From the NCBI GenBank assembly GCA_043819555.1, contig JBDREQ010000073.1, positions 160,001-224,000 on the forward strand: DNA of 64,000 nt. Reading direction: 5' to 3'. A program made the translations under genes and the position numbers. Below are positions 10,366-18,589 of the stretch, in pieces; within the stretch, counting starts at the first letter, position 1, and each line of letters begins with the position of its first letter. This stretch comes from Candidatus Zixiibacteriota bacterium. GTDB lineage: Bacteria; Zixibacteria; MSB-5A5; GN15; JAAZOE01. The notes below the pieces were generated by a model, which made no database searches, was not told the DNA's origin, and worked only from the letters and a program-made list of their open reading frames with translations.

Positions 10366-10581
10366 ATGAGTCCAGGCTTTGAAATGAAAATCCTGATATG
10401 CGGTGAATGCAGTGAAGAGTTTGTATTCACTATTGCCGCACAGGAGTATTTTGCAGAGAAGGGATATACAGAAGATCCGAAGCTTTGCAAATCGTGTTAT
10501 ATGCAATTAAAACGGGAGAAAAAGGGTCAGGGAAGAAGCATCGAAGCTGATTTCGACTGTTCTATTGTCAAGGATGAATAG
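10366..10581 (+). CDS. zinc-ribbon protein (zf-trcl-like)
   Basis: LICGECSEEFVFT...QEYFAEKGY..DPKLCKSC pattern; GAGGGGG RBS. Confidence 0.85.
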   Translation: MSPGFEMKILICGECSEEFVFTIAAQEYFAEKGYTEDPKLCKSCYMQLKREKKGQGRSIEADFDCSIVKDE

Positions 10582-10672
10582 CGCATTGGCCTCACCGTTA
10601 GCATCTCAAATTTCTTCAGGGGACTACTCTTCAATTTCCGATTTATCCATATCTTCGGATACATAAAACAAG

Positions 10673-12373
10673 TCACTTTGTAAAAATCATTTTTCGAACT
10701 TCATGAGTATGGCCGGTTATGAATTCATAGAAGTATACACCGCTTGGTAAAATTTCGCCTGAATTGTCAGTGCCATTCCATTGAAAACTATATGTTCCGG
10801 CGGTCATTATCCCTTCATCATATTCTGACACTATTCTCCCCAATACATTATAAATCTTGATTTCAACATTTCCCGTATTGATTAATGTAAATCTTATCGT
10901 TGTGGCGGGATTAAAGGGATTAGGATAATTCTGTTCAATGATTATATCAGGCAAGGATAGACCTGAATTGTCACTTTCAGGATATTGTTCATTACCGGAA
11001 GCCAGCGATACGGAGAAATCGGCCGACATAGTCTCGCCGCTGGCTGAAATATTGGTTACTGATACAAGAGTATTGTCACTGGCATAGCTATTAGAACCCG
11101 GGCTTGTCCACGGTGCAAATTCGTGAATGTTATTTGTGCCTGGAAATTGATCGCCACCGTCGCCGGCCGAAATAAGTTTTTCCAATTGATATAAGTTATC
11201 GGCCTGTTCAAGGGCGACCAGATAATTTCCAAATGTGTTATGGCCGGGAAACCATTCATAATTATTGTGAGCCAATCCTTCATCAATATGCCAGATACAT
11301 AAACCCGAACCGGGCAAAGCGGCATCATAGCCGACCCGCTGTCGATTCTCTATCAGGAAATATTCTTCTCCAATGACTCCGTTTGTCCAAAGCCGATAAG
11401 CCACCGAATTATTTTCCACCTCGGGGATGATGGCGCCTGATTGACTTGATACAATATTGGTCGGCATTAACCATCCCAATTGAATCCTGCTCCATGCATC
11501 AGGATGAGAGGGGCTACTGCCAAGATAGCCGTTCCAGCACCCAATGGACATCAAAGAATATTTTCCAGTTCCATATGAACCGTTATCCATATCGTACAAA
11601 TCGGGCAAGCCAAAGGTGTGGGCCAGTTCATGACAAAAAACGCCTATGGTTAAATCATTTGGCAAATTCCAGTATTCCGGCATAACGGCATAGTCACTGA
11701 TATAAACTCCATCTCTGTTGCGCGGATTGATGGCCCATTTATGCGACCAAATATCGGCGGTATTTCCCGAAAACTCCGCTCCCGGTCCGGAATGAACAAT
11801 CATAATTACATCAACATACCCATCCCCATCATTGTCATATTGAGAAAAGTCTATTTCAGCATCAGCCAAATCAACTAAATCTTCACATAATTTTTGCGAA
11901 TTATTGGGGTAAGCCGAATTAATTCCATAATTGCCATTCACATAATATGAGTAGTTTTGGGGAGCCCTGTTCCACCCGGTGGTTGATGGCAGATTTACCG
12001 TTACAATATCTATCTGATCATATGAGATTTCGCCATAATAATTTCTTACTGTCCCAAACTGGTTATCGAAGATCAATGTATCCAGAAATGAAGGTTGAAT
12101 TTGGGCATTATTATCCGAAAAATCAACCAGCAAACACAGAGCTTTGAACGAACCGGAATTTAGCGATGCTATTTTTTTGTTAGTAAGGCTGTATTTTCCG
12201 GGGGGCTTACCGGATTTGATTGATCTATTGCATTCAGGGTATATTATTTCTTTTGAAGATATTTTATCTTTCAGTCTTGGATGGGGAGGCATGGCCGGAG
12301 ATAATCCGGCCACACCAAAAATCAATATAATTATCGCCGCTAAGAATCTTTTAACAAAAAACAATTCCGGCAT
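10673..12373 (-). CDS. M6 family (immune inhibitor A-like) metalloprotease with FlgD-Ig/T9SS type A-like C-terminal domain
   Basis: LLVDFSD, DFSQYDNDGDGYVD, IWSHKW, CHELAHTFGLPDLYD, EYFLIENRQ; tail QNYPNPFNP.T.I.F...IYNVLGR...WNG......SGVYFY. Confidence 0.9.
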   Translation of the reverse strand: MPELFFVKRFLAAIIILIFGVAGLSPAMPPHPRLKDKISSKEIIYPECNRSIKSGKPPGKYSLTNKKIASLNSGSFKALCLLVDFSDNNAQIQPSFLDTLIFDNQFGTVRNYYGEISYDQIDIVTVNLPSTTGWNRAPQNYSYYVNGNYGINSAYPNNSQKLCEDLVDLADAEIDFSQYDNDGDGYVDVIMIVHSGPGAEFSGNTADIWSHKWAINPRNRDGVYISDYAVMPEYWNLPNDLTIGVFCHELAHTFGLPDLYDMDNGSYGTGKYSLMSIGCWNGYLGSSPSHPDAWSRIQLGWLMPTNIVSSQSGAIIPEVENNSVAYRLWTNGVIGEEYFLIENRQRVGYDAALPGSGLCIWHIDEGLAHNNYEWFPGHNTFGNYLVALEQADNLYQLEKLISAGDGGDQFPGTNNIHEFAPWTSPGSNSYASDNTLVSVTNISASGETMSADFSVSLASGNEQYPESDNSGLSLPDIIIEQNYPNPFNPATTIRFTLINTGNVEIKIYNVLGRIVSEYDEGIMTAGTYSFQWNGTDNSGEILPSGVYFYEFITGHTHEVRKMIFTK

Positions 12374-12382
12374 GATTAATCC

Positions 12383-13636
12383 TTAGATTCTGAAACCCAG
12401 GTTGAGCGCGAAGTTCAATCCTTTGCCTGATGATCCGCTAATGGCGTTGTAGTTGGCCGCCGCCAAATCGATAAACATGAAAGAGGCGTTTATCCCCAGC
12501 CCGCCCGCATAAGTAACGCCCCTTTTGCCGCCAACTCCGAAACCGGCTCGCAAAGGTAAAAAGCTCAGAATGTGATATTCAGCCCCCGCGGATATCCTTG
12601 GCTTGGAACTGCTGCCGGCGCACTTTTTAAAACCCTGCTCCCAATCAACCGCCCATAGAAGCGTGCCGGTTGTTTTGGCAAATCCAAACCTGATTTTTGC
12701 CGGCAGTTTTGTTGAAAAATTCGATATGTCTATGGTAGTGTCGGAGGAAGTGATAATATCATCGTGGCTCATGTTGGCAACAGTCAGAGTATCAAATTCG
12801 AATGAATAGCGATGTTCTTCAGTATCCTTGTTCCAGCCAATATGGCTTAGAAAATTATAAACTGTCGCTCCGACTGTATAGTTTTTATTCAATTTCAATG
12901 AACCGCCCAGATCAATGGCGTATCCATTTCCGCCCAGTGCAGTTCGTGCTGCCATGCTGCCGGATCCTTCAAATCCGGTTGCCAATGTCACAGCTTCACC
13001 ATTGAGGTGTGTAATCTCTTCGTAACCGAAACCCTTAACATATTTGACCGTTAAACCTGCAGCCATTTGACGATCACCATTACTGTAGAAGCGCCGTCCG
13101 TAAGAAAAATTGGCGGAGGCAATGCCAAAACCTTCCCCATAGGTTCCATCAAGAGTTAGTGTGTCATTCATGGTGTTGCCATTTAGAAGAAGTTCCGCCA
13201 CGGCATGGCTGATATTAATCTCCGCGGCGCCATATCCCGAGAAAGAAACCGCAATGTTGCCAAAACCAAAAGATAATACACTGGCTTCGACGTCGGCGGA
13301 TAACTTCAATCCCTCAGCCGGGATTTTTGCCAATAAAATTGACTTATCGTTTTCGCTCAAAGTAGCGCCGGTATAATTATTATAATCATCCAAAGAAAAA
13401 CTATTGTTCGATATTGCGGCTCCTATGCCCACAAGCTGAAAACCGTTATTTGTTTTGCCTTCTATCCCAAGATTGGCGGGATTGAAATTCGGGCAGTCAA
13501 ACCCACGGGCGAGGGATGAGTAGGCTCCCGCCATACCAATCGCGCGGGCATTAGATAACCCCGAACCATGAATTGAATTAAAAGTAAAAGCAAGAATTCC
13601 CAGAAAACAGATGGCATAGGCAAAGACCTTTTTCAT
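12383..13636 (-). CDS. outer-membrane beta-barrel, FadL/PorV/DUF5723-like
   Basis: Signal peptide, NARAIGMAGAY..LA.G....NPANLG N-terminal motif, alternating beta strands, PLRAG, C-terminal LGFRI; ATG 13636 with AGGGGA RBS. Confidence 0.7.
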   Translation of the reverse strand: MKKVFAYAICFLGILAFTFNSIHGSGLSNARAIGMAGAYSSLARGFDCPNFNPANLGIEGKTNNGFQLVGIGAAISNNSFSLDDYNNYTGATLSENDKSILLAKIPAEGLKLSADVEASVLSFGFGNIAVSFSGYGAAEINISHAVAELLLNGNTMNDTLTLDGTYGEGFGIASANFSYGRRFYSNGDRQMAAGLTVKYVKGFGYEEITHLNGEAVTLATGFEGSGSMAARTALGGNGYAIDLGGSLKLNKNYTVGATVYNFLSHIGWNKDTEEHRYSFEFDTLTVANMSHDDIITSSDTTIDISNFSTKLPAKIRFGFAKTTGTLLWAVDWEQGFKKCAGSSSKPRISAGAEYHILSFLPLRAGFGVGGKRGVTYAGGLGINASFMFIDLAAANYNAISGSSGKGLNFALNLGFRI

Positions 13637-13680
13637 TTTAGTCCCCTGATTCATTTTTAAAGATAAATTACCGGTCATGA

Positions 13681-15708
13681 TTAATTCTCCCATAGATCTT
13701 CGCTAAAGTTGAAATCAATCTCAATATACCCGGTAATTTTAAAGTAATCCGCGGCAGTCATTTTCACCGTTGTTCCATTGGTGCCATGGAGAGTTATCGA
13801 CTCACCGATCCATAAAGAGTCAAAGTTGAGAATTTGAACTGCGACTGAATCCAAAGTCACTATATTTTCAGAAATTATGGCTGAGGAGACAGTGCCGTCA
13901 GGATTTAGATTTCCCGCCACAACATCTATCGGACCAATTGCAGCAACCGGATTAGTATATAATGTAGCCGAATCACCGCTTATAAGTATCTCTACCGATA
14001 AACCGACCGGTAAATGATTTTCAAAAGTAGTGTAGAAATTGGCAACTTTCAGGCTATTAACTACTCCACTGTCTATATCGATATCCGCATTTTCCCATTC
14101 ACCGTCAAAAACCGAAGAATCAATAATCATTTCAAGAGGAGAAGATAGAATTACCCGGGCTACAATGTAATCATTGGGATTGATTGCTCCCCATGTAGCT
14201 CCATCTCCAAAAGTCGTGCTTCCGGTAACCGAAAACACTTCCGGAAATGGATTCATAAATGAAGACAGATTGCTATCTGCGATAATCGTCAAAACCGGAT
14301 TAGCCTGTGTCCCCGGGGCGATATTTCCGGTCAGAGTCTTATGTTGCCCTTGTTCGCCATCAAGATTAATGCTAAAGCTACCCGGAATATTGACCGCGTT
14401 TTCTATTTCAAGGACAATATTTATCGCCGGCAACTGCATCTGATCAAATCCAGCAGGTAATTCGATTTCCTGTTCGATTGCGTCAAAATCTGTCGATGTT
14501 GCGGCAAGAATTCCTTGAACACCTGCTATATTGAATCCCTGAAGCGATGCCGATACGTTAATATCGTCAGAAGCGTTTACCGCTACCATCTGTGTCCCCG
14601 ATGATGCAATATCAGCGCTGACATCAACGATCAGTCCCTGCGGCATAATTTGATCAAGAGGCTCAATAGTATAACCGCCAAGGCTATAAATTACGCTATC
14701 CCGTTGTTGAGCCAAAATTGGCTGACTTACCTGAAATGGTATGCTGCCGTTTTTTATATCGGGCAGGGAAATGGTTAATGTTGCAGGAATGTTGGTGTTG
14801 TTAATGATTTCCAGAACCAGGTCTCCTGATTCCAGCAAAGCGGTTTCTAGCTGGTGCTCAGAATCTATTTCCACACTCTTGCTGAAAGATTTTGATATCT
14901 GCGGAATCTGTGCTATCGCCGATGAGACATCTAGACCTTCAGGCATTCCTACTGACGAAGAAAGTGATTTTCCTGATAAAGAGAACGATACTTGCTGCTG
15001 GGCATGGCAATGAATCTGAGCGCTTAACTGGTCAGAGATAGTTCGTCCGGCAAGATCGATACTATCTACCGACGATGTCCCTGCCGGGATTCCGCCGGGA
15101 ATAGAATAAGATGTTACTTGTGAAAAATAGACATCATCGTATATGGTAACAATTACAGTATCAAGATTCAGGCCAAAATTATTATCAATCGTTATAACCG
15201 CAAAACCTGATTCAACTGTGGCGCTGGTGAAATCTCCCAAAGGCGGCATGGTATTATTAATATCAAAAGAAGTATCCGGAAATGTCCCGGCCGGTAATCC
15301 GGGGAATTGATCCGTTAAATTAATATCGAAACTAACGGCCGCAATCGGATCAAGAGTAATAATTCCCAATGATTCTGCAACGGTTTCGGAAATATCGGCA
15401 ATTGAAAATGAGCCGTCAATGATAACAGTATCAAGAACCTTTTCATATAAAAACAACGGATTACCATTTTCATCCACCGTCAGATTATCCTGGTCGATTT
15501 TCTCGATAATTTCGGACATTATCCAGGTTTTGTTGGCTAATGGAACTACCAGATTTGTGCGCCAACTTGGCGCTTCCGGCTTTTTAATTGTGCATTGAAT
15601 TAGTGTCAAAAATGCTATTATGACAACAATGGCGCAAATCAGATGGCTAATCCAGTATACCATCCTTCTTGACAATCTTGCTTTTTCGCATCTTCTTCTC
15701 GAAACCAT
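13681..15708 (-). CDS. large beta-rich exported/lipoprotein with about 4 internal repeats, function unknown
   Basis: GGGGGAG RBS, hydrophobic segment ending in IQC, WRTNLVVPL motif, recurring hxhxhxNxhxhP-like units. Confidence 0.7.
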   Translation of the reverse strand: MVSRRRCEKARLSRRMVYWISHLICAIVVIIAFLTLIQCTIKKPEAPSWRTNLVVPLANKTWIMSEIIEKIDQDNLTVDENGNPLFLYEKVLDTVIIDGSFSIADISETVAESLGIITLDPIAAVSFDINLTDQFPGLPAGTFPDTSFDINNTMPPLGDFTSATVESGFAVITIDNNFGLNLDTVIVTIYDDVYFSQVTSYSIPGGIPAGTSSVDSIDLAGRTISDQLSAQIHCHAQQQVSFSLSGKSLSSSVGMPEGLDVSSAIAQIPQISKSFSKSVEIDSEHQLETALLESGDLVLEIINNTNIPATLTISLPDIKNGSIPFQVSQPILAQQRDSVIYSLGGYTIEPLDQIMPQGLIVDVSADIASSGTQMVAVNASDDINVSASLQGFNIAGVQGILAATSTDFDAIEQEIELPAGFDQMQLPAINIVLEIENAVNIPGSFSINLDGEQGQHKTLTGNIAPGTQANPVLTIIADSNLSSFMNPFPEVFSVTGSTTFGDGATWGAINPNDYIVARVILSSPLEMIIDSSVFDGEWENADIDIDSGVVNSLKVANFYTTFENHLPVGLSVEILISGDSATLYTNPVAAIGPIDVVAGNLNPDGTVSSAIISENIVTLDSVAVQILNFDSLWIGESITLHGTNGTTVKMTAADYFKITGYIEIDFNFSEDLWEN

Positions 15709-15748
15709 CAGTTCTCCCCCTAAAAAGGTTGTTTAACTGATGGCTTTT

Positions 15749-15765
15749 TTGCAAACCCTGTGCCG
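15749..15765 (-). promoter_or_regulatory. sigma54 (-24/-12) promoter
   Basis: Minus strand CGGCAC-AGGGT-TTGCAA (GG-N10-GC), 40 nt upstream of ATG 15708. Confidence 0.7.
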
Positions 15766-15829
15766 GACTGTTTTAATAAGCTATCTTTATGAATGTCAAT
15801 TAGATTGAGTTGAGTGATTGTTCATGAAA

Positions 15830-15868
15830 TATCCCATTATATGGGATAACTCCCATATTTAATAGGGA
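15830..15868. promoter_or_regulatory. palindromic operator pair, candidate enhancer-binding-protein sites
   Basis: TATCCCAT-TAT-ATGGGATA perfect 8-bp arms (15830-15848) plus imperfect TCCCATATTTAATAGGGA, 65-100 nt upstream of the sigma54 site. Confidence 0.5.
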
Positions 15869-15902
15869 AGGATGTCTTTTTATAGCGCACCGGGCAATAA
15901 AG

Positions 15903-15931
15903 TTGACAAATGTTATTTATTTATGTAATAT
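15903..15931 (+). promoter_or_regulatory. sigma70 promoter of WYL gene (predicts leaderless mRNA)
   Basis: TTGACA-N17-TAATAT, ATG begins 7 nt after the -10 box, no SD. Confidence 0.6.
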
Positions 15932-15937
15932 AAGAAT

Positions 15938-16912
15938 ATGAGCGTGCGTAAAAACCGATATGCTCGATTGCTTGGGATCTTGAATATGATTCAAAGCCGT
16001 GAGGCGGCCAGAGCCGAAGATATTGCTTCGGCATTCGGCATATCTATTCGGACTGTTTATCGAGATATTGAAACTTTATCCGATTCCGGCATCCCTGTTT
16101 TTTATCAGGATGGATTTAAGCTTAGCCGCCATGATATGCTTCCCCCAGTATCTTTATCGCGCCGCGAAAGGACTTTGCTCCGAATGGCAATTGAATCCAG
16201 TCCCCTGAATTCAATTGATAGCCAGAGTACCGAATTGGCTCGATTATGGGAAAAAATTGTCGGACAAGCTGAAGATAAAAACTCTTCCGATTTCATAGAA
16301 AATGGTGAACTAAGAATAGTGCCTTCGAATTCAATTGGACAGATGCTTTCATCGGATTTATTTAAGGACCTTGAAATAGCGGTCCATAATAACACTATTT
16401 GCCGGATCTCGTATATCAATAGCAGAGGCGGCGTTTCGAAAAGAAATATCCACCCCTATTCTATTGTATTCAGGGGCCGCGCTTTTTATCTGCTGGCGCA
16501 CTGCCAATTACATGACCAATTCAGGCTATTTAGAATGGAACGCATTAAATTACTTGAACTCACAGCCGACAAATTTATACCGGATGAATCATTTGACATT
16601 GATAGATATTTTGAATATAGCTGGGCCGTTTATGGTGGTGAGCCATACGATATCAAGATTAGATTTTCAAAAAATGTTGCCGAAATGATCCGGACCGGAC
16701 GCAGACATCATACAGAAAAAATAACCAATTTGAAAAATGGCGGTGTTGACTATATTATTCGCGCCAGCGGTTTAGAAGAAATAAGTCGGTGGCTTGTCGG
16801 TTTCGGCGCCGATGCAAAAGTTATTTATCCCAAAATATTATCCGATATGATTTGTAACCTTGCCCAAGGTGCTTGTGGCAATTACAAAAAAAAGAAAAAA
16901 AGAATTAATTAA
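15938..16912 (+). CDS. HTH-WYL-WCX transcriptional regulator (YafY/PafBC-like)
   Basis: wHTH (AEDIASAFGISIRTVYRDIETL), R.IHPYSI.F...AFYLLAHC...FRLFRMERI, WLVGFG.DAKV.YP. Confidence 0.93.
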   Translation: MSVRKNRYARLLGILNMIQSREAARAEDIASAFGISIRTVYRDIETLSDSGIPVFYQDGFKLSRHDMLPPVSLSRRERTLLRMAIESSPLNSIDSQSTELARLWEKIVGQAEDKNSSDFIENGELRIVPSNSIGQMLSSDLFKDLEIAVHNNTICRISYINSRGGVSKRNIHPYSIVFRGRAFYLLAHCQLHDQFRLFRMERIKLLELTADKFIPDESFDIDRYFEYSWAVYGGEPYDIKIRFSKNVAEMIRTGRRHHTEKITNLKNGGVDYIIRASGLEEISRWLVGFGADAKVIYPKILSDMICNLAQGACGNYKKKKKRIN

Positions 16913-16940
16913 AATAATTTCTGCAGAACGCCGACAGTAT

Positions 16941-16969
16941 TTGATTTAATCTAAACATTTGTATATACT
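16941..16969 (+). promoter_or_regulatory. sigma70 promoter of M32 gene
   Basis: TTGATT-N17-TATACT. Confidence 0.55.
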
Positions 16970-17015
16970 CAACCATAAATATGTAAATGGCCAAAATAAG
17001 ATGTGAGGAGATTCA

Positions 17016-18530
17016 ATGAACGCTCAGGAAATTTATAATGAACTGATTAAGGAAGTAAAGGATATTAGCCTGCTCGGTTCATGCTACGGCGTGCTCGAAT
17101 GGGATCATCAGGTCAATATGCCCCCCATGGGAGCCGAGATACGATCACAAATGACGAGCCTTTTAGCCGGAATGATGCATGAGAAATTTGTTTCGCCCAA
17201 GATCGGTGAAATGATATCTGCTGTTGAGGAATCAAACCTGGTCAAAAACCCTTTATCTGTCGAAGCGGTAAATATTCGCGAATTGCGACATATGTACGAT
17301 AAAGAAACCAAGCTTCCCAAGGAATTGGTAGAAGAGTTTGAAAAAACTACCGCTATGGCTTATAACGAATGGGCTGCCTCGCGTAAAACCAGTGATTTTA
17401 AAAAATTTGAACCATGGCTTAAAAAAATAGTCGATCTGACTAAAAGAAAGGCAGAAGCCTACGGTTATGAAGGAGAACCGTATAATGCCCTGCTGGATAA
17501 TTATGAACCGGGTGCGAAAGTTGATGATGTTGCCGATGTTTTTGAAAAATTGCGCGTCGATCTGGTAGAGTTGCTGGCTAAAATAAAAGATGCCTCCAAT
17601 AAACCCAAAGTATCGATTGTTGAACAACCGTATGATGTTGCGAAGCAAAGAATCTTTGGAGAAATGGTCGCCAACAGATTGGGGTACGATTTTAATCAGG
17701 GGAGGCTCGATATCGCGACTCATCCTTTTTCGACGGGTTTTGGCCCGGGCGATTCAAGAATCACAACCCGTTATAATCCTAATCGCATCAATGATGCGCT
17801 ATTCGGAACAATTCATGAAACCGGACACGCACTTTATGAGATGGGCATCGATAAGAAAAACCATTTCGGAACGCCAATGGGGGAATCGATTTCACTGGGA
17901 ATTCATGAGTCGCAATCACGGATGTGGGAGAATATGGTGGGGCGTTCAAAGTCGTTTTGGGGTTATTTTTACCCAATTGCCAAATCGATTTTCAGAGAAC
18001 CCTTAAATGGCGTCACTCTCGACGAGTTTTATAAAGCCATTAATAATGTCGCGCCTTCGTTTATTCGTGTTGAGGCCGACGAAGTAACTTATAATTTGCA
18101 TATCCTGTTGCGATTTGAAATGGAGCGGGCTCTATTAAATGATGATATTAAAATAGCGGACGCCGCCAAAGAATGGAATAAACGATTTGAAAAGTATTTT
18201 GGAATAAAAGTGGATAAGGACGCCAATGGCTGCCTACAGGACATTCATTGGTCTTCCGGGTATATAGGATATTTCCCAACTTATGCATTGGGGAATATTT
18301 ATGCGGCGCAATTTTTTGCCCAGGCCAAAAAGGATATTTCTGATCTCGAACAGCGTTTCGAGCGGGGAGATTTTCTGACTCTCCGGGAATGGTTGCGCGA
18401 AAATATCCATATTCATGGTAAGAAATATAGAGCTCAGGATTTATGCAAGAATCTAACGGGCGAAGGATTATCCCATAAACCACTCGTTAAATACTTGAAT
18501 AAAAAATTCGGTGAGATTTACGGATTATAA
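17016..18530 (+). CDS. carboxypeptidase M32 (Taq family)
   Basis: HPF, DSRITTRY, HETGHALYE, IHESQSR, IRVEADEVTY, GCLQDIHW, GYFPTYALG. Confidence 0.96.
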   Translation: MNAQEIYNELIKEVKDISLLGSCYGVLEWDHQVNMPPMGAEIRSQMTSLLAGMMHEKFVSPKIGEMISAVEESNLVKNPLSVEAVNIRELRHMYDKETKLPKELVEEFEKTTAMAYNEWAASRKTSDFKKFEPWLKKIVDLTKRKAEAYGYEGEPYNALLDNYEPGAKVDDVADVFEKLRVDLVELLAKIKDASNKPKVSIVEQPYDVAKQRIFGEMVANRLGYDFNQGRLDIATHPFSTGFGPGDSRITTRYNPNRINDALFGTIHETGHALYEMGIDKKNHFGTPMGESISLGIHESQSRMWENMVGRSKSFWGYFYPIAKSIFREPLNGVTLDEFYKAINNVAPSFIRVEADEVTYNLHILLRFEMERALLNDDIKIADAAKEWNKRFEKYFGIKVDKDANGCLQDIHWSSGYIGYFPTYALGNIYAAQFFAQAKKDISDLEQRFERGDFLTLREWLRENIHIHGKKYRAQDLCKNLTGEGLSHKPLVKYLNKKFGEIYGL

Positions 18531-18548
18531 ATTTGGTCATTAATAAAT

Positions 18549-18577
18549 AAGCCCGGAGTCAATCCGGGCTTTTTTTT
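18549..18577 (+). terminator. intrinsic terminator between convergent genes
   Basis: AAGCCCGGA-GTCAA-TCCGGGCTT then T tract. Confidence 0.85.
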
Positions 18578-18589
18578 ATGCTTCTTTGT

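Noticed and set aside
16910..16937. Possible fifth sigma28-like site (TAAA-N16-GCCGACAG) before M32 gene
   Set aside because: Spacing off by one, -10 mismatched, and a good sigma70 promoter lies just downstream
15938..18530. WYL gene as marker of an anti-phage defence island
   Set aside because: Neighbours are a carboxypeptidase and envelope proteins; no nuclease, RM, BREX, CBASS or Cas genes in the window
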